From NCBI RefSeq assembly GCF_006345805.1, contig NC_042999.1, positions 166,780,001 to 166,844,000 on the forward strand: 64,000 bases of DNA, given 5' to 3'. The translations under genes were made by a program, and so were the position numbers. Under the pieces are notes generated by a model. That model did no database searches. It had not been told where the DNA came from and was given only the letters and a program-made list of their open reading frames with translations. Below, one piece after another: positions 10,617 through 22,515 of the stretch. Positions within the stretch are counted from its first letter, which is position 1. Each line of letters opens with the position of its first letter. Source of the DNA: Octopus sinensis (Eukaryota).

Positions 10617-11017
10617 TACTCTTTTACTTGTTTCAGTCATTTGACTGCGGCCATGCTGGAGCACCGCCTTTAATCGAGCAACTCGACCCCGGGACTTATT
10701 CTTTTGTAAGTCCAGTACTTATTCTATCGGTCTCTTTTGCCGAACTGCTAAGTAACGGAGACATAAGCACACCAGCATCGGTTGTCAAGCAATGCTAGGG
10801 GGACAAACACAGACACACAAACGCATATATATATATATATATACATATATACGACGGACTTCTTTCAGTTTCCGTCTACCAAATCCACTCACAAGGCTTT
10901 GGTCGGCCCGAGGCTATAGTAGAAGACACTTGTCCAAGATGCCACGCAGTGGGACTGAACCCGGAACCATGTGGTTGGTAAACAAGCTACTTATCACACA
11001 GCCACTCCTGCGCCTAT
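10617..11017 (-). mobile_element. SINE family A, full length
   Basis: Reverse strand: ATAGGCGCAGGAGTGGCTGTG head, B box, internal microsatellite and (AAAGAGT)n-like tail; highly similar to ~14 other copies. Confidence 0.9.
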
Positions 11018-11475
11018 GACACGATTTATGACACGATTTATACTACTTCAACCATGGCTCTCAATGTTAGGGCTGCAAATAATTACGATTATTATTGTTG
11101 TTGCTATCACCACCACCACCTACCTATAAATTCGAGTGTTATTTTTAAAATACCACTTATCCAACAACGTTGGTTGTATTCATCATGATCAGGATATTAT
11201 CTCACCTGTTTAAAATATTTACTTAAGATGGTGAATTATATGTTATGATGTAATCTATGAATACATCAATAAAATTCTACTGAACCTGCTGTCGTAAATG
11301 TAAAAACCCAATTTGTGTTCTTTTTTGTACCTAGGCTTAGAACCAGCCCTGAGTGGGATTTACGTTTTGAATTGGATATGGTTCTTACATATCTACAATA
11401 TCTTTCCGACACTTGATACATTAATGGTTGCTTGGAGTCCTATGTGCTGTTACACCGAGATTATATTCGGCCCTA

Positions 11476-11619
<144 letters not shown>

Positions 11620-11644
11620 TATATATAGGTAAAAGTAAAAAATA

Positions 11645-12000
11645 TACAAACTGGACAAGAACGTGAACATTTAGAAGACGACACAAAAAACACGGACGGG
11701 ACATTCGAGCCTCAATCATCAGTCAAGAACCGATCATCTTCGCAATTTCGGCTGATTAATCTTGAGATTGCTCCGATCTGGGCAGCCCCCAGGGGAAATC
11801 TAAGCCAAGCGCATTAGATTCCTTGGAAGAAAGCCTCGAATGTATACAACACAGGGACGGAAAACGGACGATGTTACACGAATAAAAATACAAAAATACG
11901 TAAAAACAATAATGATAGCACGAATAAGAATACAAAATACGTAAAAACAATAATAACAAAACCAGGACGTCAGGACAAGCGTCTTTACGACAGGACGAGT
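11645..12000. repeat. Short repeat related to 12279-12559 with decayed hammerhead-like cores
   Basis: Shares TCGCAATTTCGGCTGATTA..TTGAGATTGCTCC..CAGCCCC with 12330-12380. TCATCAG occurs at ~11716-11722. Confidence 0.55.
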
Positions 12001-12240
12001 TAAGTTTAGGGCTGGCTATGGAAAAGTGCCTTAAAGGTCACGGAGAACAAACAAATACGTGTTGCTACAATGACTGCTGGATGCGAAAAGGCAGTAGTCG
12101 CTGGCTGGTCACGTGAGCACAAAAGAGAGGAGAAAGGGACAGATGAAGAGAGAAAGTAGGGGAACAAGGGAGGAGAAGAAAGAGAGGGAAAGAGACAGGT
12201 CAAGTGGGGTGTAAGGTGTGAGAGGCAGAGAAATGTGGGA

Positions 12241-12278
<38 letters not shown>

Positions 12279-12556
12279 ATGAAATACAAAATGGAACAAG
12301 AACGCAAAACATCCGAGAACCAGATTATCCTCGCAATTTCGGCTGATTATTATTGAGATTGCTCCATTCTGGCCAGCCCCAAGGAAAAACTAAGCTAAGA
12401 GCAAACTGCGAGGATAATCTGGTTCTTGACTGAAGATAGAAAACTTCGAATGACCCGTCCTTGTTTTCTTTGTATCGTCTATCTGGATGTTTTGTTGTCC
12501 CTTTTTGTATCACCTTGTTGTCCGGATGTTTTGCGTTCTTGTTCCATTTTGTATTT

Positions 12557-12559
<3 letters not shown>
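12279..12559. mobile_element. Palindromic mini-element between (GT)n and (AC)n
   Basis: Perfect outer arms 12279-12315/12523-12559 and inner arms 12316-12335/12407-12426. A CTGAAGA...TTCGAAT remnant is present only in the right half. Confidence 0.75.
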
Positions 12560-12617
<58 letters not shown>

Positions 12618-14081
12618 GTATGTAGGTAAAAAATGTTGGTAAACTAAACTAGGAGTAAGGACTGTATTTACATTGAAATTTGCGTATACAAATAAAGAAC
12701 AGTGTGATCAAATCTTTACAGCTGTTTCGGAAAAACAAAGAATGGCATCATAACTACGAATATTATATAATAAGGACCAATAATATAGTTACACGGATTT
12801 GGAGAGATCCGTAATGCGAAATCATGTTATCCACACCAGAAAACACTAGCAAATAGCATAATAGAGAACAATGCTTATAAATATACAATTCGATAGGAAA
12901 GCGTTCAGTGGGAGGTAAAGTGCGGAACGTAGAAGTGAAGATGTGGTGGTGAGGTGAAGAAGCGTGGAGTTCTGAAGTAGAGTTAGTAACTAAAATACAT
13001 CTGTTAATAACATCAAGAAAGAAGAAAAATTGGTGATAAAACAGGGAAGCAGGCGAGGTTAAAAGGGAGGCCAGATCTAGCGAAGGGGAGAGTAATAGAG
13101 CGAGATGAAAGACATTTACTATACAGTAAATCATGGTCAACCATGAAGTTAAGAAAAAGAAGAAAATGAAGAAATAAAGAAGTCATTTATGTATGTATGT
13201 AATTGTTCAATTTTATTTCAAGATTTCTTGCCAATAGAGAAAGAGCCGGCTTCTAACCTAGATCCAAGGCTCCTTCATTGGAAATCCAACATCAACAACA
13301 GGGTGTATGTATGTATGTACACATACACACACACAAACACACACACAGATACATTTATATATAAAATCCACTACTTTATTTTGAGATTGCTAATGTTAAC
13401 AATATTCGCATACGAAATCCAGACTGGAGTTGTGCTGCAAGCGAGCTATATTCCGCTTGATAGTCATGATGGAGGCAATGCAAGCGGAAACTGGAGGAAC
13501 GTAATTAATAACCACACTCAAAATCAAATATATACATATATTCTTCTACATTTATAAAACGGATATAAAAATTCCAAATATATAAATATAAAAATACATA
13601 TAAATAGATAAATATCGATATGATACATAAAACAGTGAATTTTAGATTTAAAAGTTATAATACATTGGTGTAATAAAAATATGAGAAGATAAAACATTAA
13701 AAAGACGTACTAAAATACCACGTAAATATTACAAAAATTTTTTTATTCCATCTACGGGCCTAGTTCAGATATGTGCCTAGTAATATGATATACTTCATAT
13801 TTTTAAAACTGACAGTCCCCTCATCAGAAAAAACAAATACAGAAATACATTTATATAATTACATACCAGCCACTTTCTTTGAGTGACTGGTATGTAATTG
13901 TATAATTGCATTTCTGTATTTCTTTTTTCTGTACTGTGTTAAAAAATCAACTCAAACATTGATAAACATAAACCAATACATAAATAACAAATAATATATA
14001 TTTTTATAAAACATATAACTTATAACTAGATCTCAAAAAGTATAAAAGTGAATGATCAATATATAATATATTAATTTAAAA

Positions 14082-14180
14082 AACTACGTACGTTTCATGG
14101 CTACAATTAAATTCGAATTACAATTAAGTTTAAATTCAATTGAAATAATTCGATTTAAGATTATAGTGAATCTTCAGGTT
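14082..14180 (-). ncRNA. Degenerate type I hammerhead motif, long loop II
   Basis: Reverse strand AAC-CTGAAGA-..CTATAAT...ATTGTAG..-GAAAC-GTAC-GTA-GTT. The base of stem II is mismatched. Confidence 0.5.
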
Positions 14181-14847
14181 AATGATAATAGTTTAATAAA
14201 TAAGCAAATAGAGTTAAACTATATTTATTTAAGAAATAAATAAATATTTCTTATAGGAAAAACTCCATTAACTAAATTAGAAACTTAAAACATTAGGATT
14301 ATTTCCTACAACACATTTATTATGTCAAATATTTAATTTTTAAGATAGAAATATGTAGAAATATGTATTTATCTTTAAAGATATAATTTGGTTTTAAAAA
14401 TACATAATAAACTATCGAATATCTTTCTAATATTTAATTACCAAAATATTTAACAAAATAATCACTGTTAATATTTTTAGATTTAAGTTCACATCGAATA
14501 ATTATAAAATAATAAATACATAAAAATAAGTATCTAAATTAAAATCAACAAATATAGTAATTAAAAATCTAAAATCTAAAATTTACTTTATCAATAAATA
14601 TATAAACATATAACCAAAAATAAATAAATAAATTAGTCCCTTATTACTTACATAAATATTATAAATATCTATAGAATATATTTATGAAATACAATTTAGA
14701 AATTAAAAATCAAATTAAAAACGTATAACCTATCTTTAAAGAATCGTATAACTATTTTACGATCTATATACCACAGTGACTAACTAATATCTTAAAATTT
14801 ACGTACAGTTATAATAATTAAATAAATATATACATATCTAAATCATC

Positions 14848-15040
14848 GCTACTATGAAATTATTGTGTAGTTCTTCCACGAACATGCGCGTTCCATTACA
14901 AAGCCTTGGAGGATTGAAGTTTCTTATTAGAATTATCGGCGATCCTGTTTTCAATCCCAGGTTATGTGGTGGCAGTTCTACGCCAAACTTGTTTTCTTCC
15001 ATTTGTATTCACATTTCAGGGGTACCTTATTTTCAGAGCA
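14848..15040 (-). mobile_element. Helitron PIF1-type helicase fragment
   Basis: Open reverse frame KFGVELPPHNLGLKTGSPIILIRNFNPPRLCNGTRMFVEELHNNFIVA matches the Helitron LPPH..LK.G.P..L.RN..P..LCNGTR motif. Confidence 0.8.
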
Positions 15041-15079
15041 TTTTCCCATTATGCGCTGATTTGGCTGTACTAAATTACA

Positions 15080-15505
15080 GACAAGCACGAAGCAAGCAAG
15101 CAAGCATGCAATCACACAGGCAAGTAAGTAAGCAAGCACACAAGTAAGCACGCACACAATCGAGCAAGCACGCAAGCAAGCACGCGAGCAAGCAAGTAAG
15201 CAAAAAATCAGGCAAGCAAGCACACAATCAAGCAAGCACGCAAGCAAGTAAGCAAGCAAGCAGGCAAGCAAGCACACAAGTAAGCAAGCACGCGAGTAAG
15301 CACGCAAGCAGGCAAGCACGCGAGCAAGCAAGTAAGCAAAAAAGCAGGCAAGCTAGCAAACAAGTAAGCAAGCACACTAGCAAGCACGCAAGCAAGCAAG
15401 CACGCAAGCAAGCAAGCACGCGAGTAAGCAAGCACGCAAGCAAGTAAGCACGCAAGCATACAAGTAAGCAGCACACAAGCACCAGGCAAGCAAGCGAGCA
15501 TGTAA
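15080..15505. repeat. Compound (GCAA)n/(GCAC) low-complexity repeat
   Basis: Read directly; it accounts for the Leu/Ala/Cys-rich ORFs. Confidence 0.95.
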
Positions 15506-15586
<81 letters not shown>

Positions 15587-15662
15587 CCCATACATTCATA
15601 CACACACACACACCACACACACAACACACACCGTTTCCTTCAAAGGTAATATTATTAACAAA

Positions 15663-15782
15663 ATTATAATTTAGGGTATCTAAGAGGTACTTCCATGCTG
15701 GAAATAGCAGCCAAAACTTGACATTTTAGAGTCAAGTTTTGGCTAGTATTTCCAGCGTAGAGGCATCTCTTAGATACCCTAA

Positions 15783-15790
<8 letters not shown>
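15663..15790. repeat. 128-nt hairpin (MITE-like)
   Basis: Arms 15663-15722 and 15731-15790; outer 24 bp perfect; 8-nt loop. Confidence 0.85.
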
Positions 15791-15858
<68 letters not shown>

Positions 15859-16032
15859 TAATATATTATAGGTTTGAGAGAATCACCCTCAAGCAACTCA
15901 ATCATCATTGAATGACATTATCCACAATAGGTACATATAGGACTAAATATTAAAATTATCAAAATTAATACCTACAATTCTTATTCCAAATTATCAAAAT
16001 TAATACCTTCAATTCTTATTTCAAATCATATA

Positions 16033-16140
16033 CTTTACTACACGCGTTTCATGACAACATATTCCTTGATATTACTGAAATAGAATGTCTCTAAATACAA
16101 TACCACAGTAAAATGATTATATTGCCAATCTTCAGGTCTA
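16033..16140 (-). ncRNA. Degenerate type I hammerhead motif, long loop II
   Basis: Reverse strand AC-CTGAAGA-TTGGCA...TGTCAT-GAAAC-GCGT-GTA-GT. Stem I is weak. Confidence 0.45.
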
Positions 16141-16212
16141 GCATACATGAACTTATTTTGCTATTCACATCCTATATAAAGACTTGACAAACTAAAATGA
16201 TATAACTAAAAG

Positions 16213-16248
<36 letters not shown>

Positions 16249-16387
16249 TTAGGCATACAATGCACTTCCCTATTATATGTATATATTTATGTTGTAAATA
16301 TTATACTGATCACTTTGTTGATATGCATAATTATCGATATACTATTTATATTAGTCGGACTAGTACCCTCATTTTGATTGTTACTTT

Positions 16388-16429
16388 CACTATGTTTCAG
16401 CTGTTGTACACTCCAGCCTTCTTCAGGTG
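16388..16429 (-). ncRNA. Minimal hammerhead motif with two CpG-type substitutions
   Basis: Reverse strand CAC-CTGAAGA-AGGCTG-GAGTGTACAA-CAGCT-GAAAC-ATA-GTG. Restoring CAGCC and GAAACGTA gives a canonical minimal fold. Confidence 0.5.
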
Positions 16430-17316
16430 TCTTGTGTTGAAATCGGTTGTTGTATCGAAATTTCCAACCTAACCCTTTATTTGCGTTTCGTAATATTTTT
16501 TGTTCAGTTGAATAAGTAGATAACCTGAGGACTTTTTTTTACGAAAGTACAACTTCTGAATGTTATACTGCTTAATACTTGCTATAGTCCTTTTTTCCCT
16601 CCAGTGTGGTCATGCCTCTGTCTGTCCTAAATATTACAGTAACCCGGATACACTCTTCTGTCCAAACTTATAATTACTCTTTGAAATCCGAAATTGATAA
16701 AACATCATAACTTTTTCTTTTATAAGATTTCCTGTATTTTCTGTCGAGTTCCTGTCTGATGTTCTTGGTCGTTTACTCAGTAGAGTACCATACATTTCGC
16801 GGAATGAGAAGTTATACCATCCTGTTGTAATATAGTACAATAACGAATGATCATTCGAATAGACAACTTCTCCAGAATATCTTGGTCGTTTTAGGATTTT
16901 ATGGATGTAAAACTGAAGTAATAATCAAATGCAATCACTTCTCTTAACTGGAATAGCCATAAAGGACAGACAATGCTTGTCTCTTGCAAATATGTATTTG
17001 AAAGTGTACTTTGACTTTCATGGGCGATCCGCGAATGCACAAGATATAAATGACTTAGCAATTTTAATACTAAGCACAATTTTAAACCAGTTCCTTTTAT
17101 TCAAATTTGTATAACCCTTGCAAAATTGCAGGTGATATTTGATATATACCTGTGATTACCTTAGTGTGATCGCTGTAGAACTTGTAACTAGATTGAAATC
17201 TTTTCAATCAGCTGTTTTCACATTTTCTTGCTTACTCTCTACGAGAGAACACCTCTCGTGTATAATTTCAACCGACATTCTTCGGTTGAAATTAATTTCA
17301 CAGGTAAATTACACAA

Positions 17317-17717
17317 ATAGGCGCAGGAGTGGCTGTGTATAGGCGCAGGAGTGGCTGTGTGGTAAGTAGCTTGCTAACCAACCACATGGTTGCGGGTTCA
17401 GTCCCACTGCGTGACATCTTGGGCAAGTGTCTTCTGCTATAGCCCCGGACCGACCAATGCCTTGTGAGTGGATTTGGTAGACGGAAACTGAAAGAAGCCT
17501 GTCGTATATATGTATATATATGTGTGTATGTGTGTGTGTTTGTGTGTCTGTGTTTGTCCCCCTAGCATTGCTTGACAACTGATGCTGGTGTGTTTACGTC
17601 CCCGTCACTTAGCGGTTCGGCAAAAAGAGACCGATAGAATAAGTACTGGGCTTAAGGCGGTGCTCCAACATGGCCGCAGTCAAATGACTGAAACAAGTAA
17701 AAGAGTAAAGGAGTAAA
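17317..17717 (+). mobile_element. SINE family A with a 22-bp tandem duplication of its 5' end
   Basis: ATAGGCGCAGGAGTGGCTGTGT occurs at 17317 and 17339. Confidence 0.9.
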
Positions 17718-18031
17718 TTAAATAGTTTCCCACAAAAATGGGAAATAAAAAATTTTCCTCTTGAAGAGGACAACAGTTCACTAACAAGGTTCAAATCCAA
17801 CCCCCGTTAGGGGGGAGGGGCACAAAAATTAGTCGAAAAAGACAGTTACAGTTTGAGAAAACAACGTTCATAAAAATGCCACGATGGCCAACAAATACTG
17901 GTCAACAATTCCTTCTCCTTTAGTTATTCCAGGTAAAAAAAAAACGGGAAGTAGTACAACAATGTTCAACAATAAACTTTGACGTTCAACAAATAACAAT
18001 AGCAATTCCAAACGCTAGTCCAGCGTTTGCA

Positions 18032-18382
18032 ACTAGAAGCACACCGCCGGTTACGACGATGAGGGTTCTGGTTGATCCGAATCAACGGAACAGCCTGCTC
18101 GTGAAATTAACGTGCAAGTGGCTGAGCACTCCACAGACATGTGTACCCTTAACGTAGTTCTCGAGATTCAGTGTGACACAGAGAGTGACAAGGCCGGCCC
18201 CTTGAAATACAGGTACAACAGAAACAGGAAGTAAGAGTGAGAGAAAGTTGTGGTGAAAGAGTACAGCAGGGATCACCACCATCCCCTGCCGGAGCCTCGT
18301 GGAGCTTTTAGGTGTTTTCGCTCAATAAACACTCACAACGCCCGGTCTGGGAATCGAAACCGCGATCCTACGACCGCGAGTC
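18032..18382 (-). mobile_element. tRNA-derived SINE family D, 5'-truncated
   Basis: Reverse strand B box GGTTTCGATTCCC followed by GTGAGTGTTTATTGAGCGAAAACACCTAAAGCTCCACGAGG; recognised as a cephalopod SINE body from memory. Confidence 0.65.
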
Positions 18383-18514
18383 AACGTTTGCAACAACAAC
18401 AGCAAAAATGCTTACCAGCAGCGAAAGAAAAAAGAAAAAAATAACACCCGACAAAAATTCAGGAAAACACAGCCACGTCTGAAGCCTATTATCTTTCATC
18501 TTTTATTTTTATTT

Positions 18515-18611
18515 TTTACTTGTTCAAACGTACGTTTTTGCCGAACCGCCAGGTTACAAGAACAGAAAGAAACCAACACCGGTTGTTAAGCGGTAGTAGG
18601 GACAAACACAA

Positions 18612-18658
<47 letters not shown>

Positions 18659-18698
18659 TACATACATACATTCATACATACATTCAAACATACATACA

Positions 18699-18732
<34 letters not shown>

Positions 18733-19410
18733 CATACATGCATTCATACATACATACATACACACATACATACATACATACATACATACATACATACATA
18801 CATACATACATTCATACATACATACATATATACGTACATACATTCATGCATACATACATACATACATACATACATACATACATACATACATACATTCATA
18901 CATACATACAGATATACATACATTCATACATACATACATTCATACATACATATATACATACATACATTCATGCATACATACATACATACATACATACATT
19001 CATACATACATACATATATACGTACATACATTCATGCATACATACATACATACATACATTCATACATACATACAGATATACATACATTTATACATACATA
19101 CATTCATACATACATATATACATACATACATTCATGCATACATACATTCATACATACATTCATACATACATACATACATACATACACACACATACATACA
19201 TACTTACATACATAATACATACATCATACATACATACATACATACATACATACATACATACATACATACATACACACATACATACACGACAGGCGTCTTT
19301 TAGTTTCCACCTACCAAATCCATTCAGAAGGCTTTGGCCGGCCTTGGACTGTTGTGGAGGGCACTTGCCCGAAGTGCCGCGCACTGAACATGTGGTATGA
19401 CGCTGACTTC
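18515..19410 (-). mobile_element. SINE family A, diverged, internal microsatellite expanded to ~670 bp of (ATAC)n
   Basis: SINE 3' half at 18515-18610 and 5' half at 19286-19410 flank (CA)n/(ATAC)n. Confidence 0.8.
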
Positions 19411-19979
19411 TTACCACACAGCCACGCCTCTTCGCTGTTTTCTCTTCCTTCGTCTTTTTTTTTTAATATTTTAAAGAAAGTTAAGTATAATTTGTGGGAA
19501 CTTGGTTGCTATTTCTAGCCTTATTGACCCATGAACTTTCGTTGTTGTTGGGGGTGTGGGGAGCTAGGTGGACGATCCATCACTTCAGCTGCTTAACTAT
19601 TTGTGAGAGAGCTAATGGGATGCGCATTGGTTGCCACTGGTTATCAGTGTGAAGCTGACGGAAATCCGACCATTTGGTCTGGTTGAGGTGGTGGGGAGTG
19701 GCTGGGTCAGTGCGATGACAGGGCTCATTGAGGCCCATAAAATATATCACCTTGCTTTGTAACATAACAGATTCGAACTCGCGTTACTTTGGATCGGTGT
19801 CTTATCTTTTTCACTCGACTTTTCCCTTTTTCCTTCATCTATGACAATTCTCTCCTTCCGTCATTCCGGATGAGAATACACATATAACTGCATGCATATA
19901 TGTATATGGGTGCGTGCATACACGCACACACACGCATGTGTGCATGAATGCATGTATATGTATATATATATATGCATTT

Positions 19980-20046
19980 CTGTATGTATGTATGTATGTG
20001 TGTGTGTGTATGTATGTATGTATGTATGTATGTATGTATGTATGTA

Positions 20047-20079
<33 letters not shown>

Positions 20080-20228
20080 GTGTGTATGTATGTATGTATG
20101 TGTGTGTGTGTATGTATGTATGTATGTATGTGTGTGTGTGTATGTATGTATGTATGTATGTATGTGTGTGTGTGTATGTATGTATGTATGTATGTATGTA
20201 TGTATGTATGTATGTATGTATGCATGTA

Positions 20229-20261
<33 letters not shown>

Positions 20262-20275
20262 ATGTATGTATGTAC
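19980..20275. repeat. (GTAT)n/(GT)n compound microsatellite
   Basis: Read directly. Confidence 0.95.
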
Positions 20276-20739
20276 CGTATATATTTTCTTGGAAATCTGT
20301 CAACCTTTACCTTCCACTAATTCAGGCCGGCGATTAACCAAAGCGACAAGGTTTCTGAATAAACAAACACGTATATCATCTGTGTGTATGTGTGTATGCT
20401 ATTGTTTATGTGTGCGAGCGCATATACATATGTCACTATGTATATGCATGTGTATACGTGTGTGACTGTCTACAGCGTATAAATTAGTAGTTGAAGAATC
20501 AATAGATGAACGGCACACCTTTTTCTTCTTTACTTTGCTTGTACCTTCTCTTCCACTTCTTTCGGGTTTATGGTGTCACTCTCTTCCTTTCATTTTATTG
20601 CGTTTAATAAAATGTCTCATATTACCTATCCACTTTTCTTTTTCCTACTCTTATTCTCTTCAATTATAGTTCACAATTTCGATTTATTCCTCCCTTCCCT
20701 TGGAGCCTCTTATCTCCCTTCCGTTGTGAATCGGAAATC

Positions 20740-20835
20740 CAACGCGTCATTCGTATAGCAACTGTTGCTAAATGGAATTACGTCACACAGTGAGAGAGTC
20801 TATTTAAAAGTATGAACAGCAGGCTGTCAGAGTAG
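20740..20835 (+). promoter_or_regulatory. Candidate GCH1 core promoter: CRE/ATF-C/EBP-type site plus TATA-like box
   Basis: TTACGTCA 20778-20785, CGTCA half-site near 20745, TATTTAAAAG 20801-20810 and Inr-like TCAG with A at 20829, all in non-repetitive DNA ~1 kb upstream of the GCH1 ATG. The promoter role is an inference. Confidence 0.45.
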
Positions 20836-21787
20836 TCTATGTAAAGAACCTGTGCACGATAAGCGAGCGAGGAGGTTCTTTCTCCTACATTGTTGAATCA
20901 GAACAAGTAGCAGTAGTATCTGTTGAAATAAACCTACTCGCTGCTGGTGAATTAAGTGGAAAGGACTGTTCTGTCGTCAACAAGTGGAGTAGTAGACTTC
21001 CTCAGTTCTCAGACATGAGTGGTGACTTTTATTTATTCATTTTTGTTTTATTCTTTTGAATTTGGCTGGATCACCTCTTTTTTCTCTTTGTTTTTGAACG
21101 AATATAAAAATTGACGCAATTCCACTTGGGTCTACTGAAGTTTCTTGGTACGGGACGAAAGATGTTTTTTCTAAGTAGAAATTGTTGAACTCACACAGAC
21201 TTTCAATTACAGTCGTTTAAACGCTACAATTGTTGATATAAATGAAAAAGAAAGTTAATGAAGTCAGTTTAACACCTCAAGTCCAGCAATATAAATTTAC
21301 ATGTAAACTATACATGATTATAGTTATTCCAACAAACATAATTACACACACACCGAAACGTACATAAACATATACTTTCATTTTTACGGATATTTTAACA
21401 CCAATTTTAAACATAGACTCTGATACATAAGTAGGTAAAACATTTGTCCATCAATATATTCATCTTTTAATACATCTATATTTCATTAAAACCCTTAAAG
21501 TAATTTATCCATCCATCCGTCTGCCCATCCATTCATCCATCCATACATAATGTACGTTACAGTTATGTATTCTTACGAAGTTTCATACTTCTTATGAATT
21601 TCCATATCTCTTCCCGTAACAGTATCTTAGGAACATTCTACTTACCGACCGGGCCTAGAAGTGGATTAATTTCTTTTGTGAAAATTTTATTTTATTACAA
21701 TCCTTTGTAATTACTGCTTAAAAATACATTTCGATAGTATTATAAAAGAAGACAAAAGGTAAATAAATAAACACTTTCCATAGAAGA

Positions 21788-22130
21788 ATGGAGAATCATC
21801 GGGAACCAATCTACCGAACAGATCCGAATGTGGAACTTGAGGATCAATTACGGAAATTAGCTTTCGTGCGACATCCGAGTACCCAGAGCGAAGGCGATGT
21901 TTTCAGTCCGGTAGGTTCAACGTTCCAACCCAATCGGTATAAACGCACCGAAAGTATCACCTACGATGAAATGAGCGAAGAAGAAATTGTCAAGTCACTT
22001 TCCACTCATTATAAAGGTATTTTGAGTAACCTGGGAGAAAATCCTCACAGACAAGGACTATTGCGGACCCCAGAGAGAGCAGCTAAAGCTATTATGTTCT
22101 TTACAAAGGGCTATAAAGAAAACATTGAAG
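21788..22130 (+). CDS. GCH1: GTP cyclohydrolase I, first coding exon (114 codons plus 1 nt, phase 1)
   Basis: Ends ..[41 protein letters not shown], the conserved GE.P.R.GL..TP.R block, followed by donor G|GTAAGT at 22131. An acceptor-like CTTTCCATAG ends at 21783. Confidence 0.95.
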
Positions 22131-22414
22131 GTAAGTGAAAAGTTCAGGTGCGATTTTACTAGATATAGATGGCTACTTATCATTTTGGAAGCGATAACAA
22201 AATCACACACAAAAACTGAGATAAGACTGGTGACTTAAGAATATGAAATAAAGGGAAATGTTAAAACAAAAACAAAAATAAAACGAAAACCTATGAGAAG
22301 TTTGCGAGTCTTTTTTCTCACTTTCTTTAACATGTCCGGTTTAAGAACAATGACTACTCGGTTTCATAACTCGAGTCCGTCCACACACATACACACACAC
22401 GTCTGCGCGCACAG

Positions 22415-22515
<101 letters not shown>

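Noticed and set aside
10792-11019. Recurrent ORFs beginning MLGGQTQTH, MSSNARGT or MTTDAG
   Set aside because: They recur because they lie in SINE family A copies; there is no protein-family signature.
13740-13830. CTGATGA-GGGG...GCCC on the - strand
   Set aside because: The GAAAC half of the core is missing, so at best it is a deleted hammerhead; not counted.
18520-20465. Long ORFs rich in YIHT/VCMY, and similar YI, LSIY and HT ORFs throughout the window
   Set aside because: They are translations of (ATAC)n, (TA)n, (CTAT)n and (CA)n microsatellites that lack stop codons by construction.
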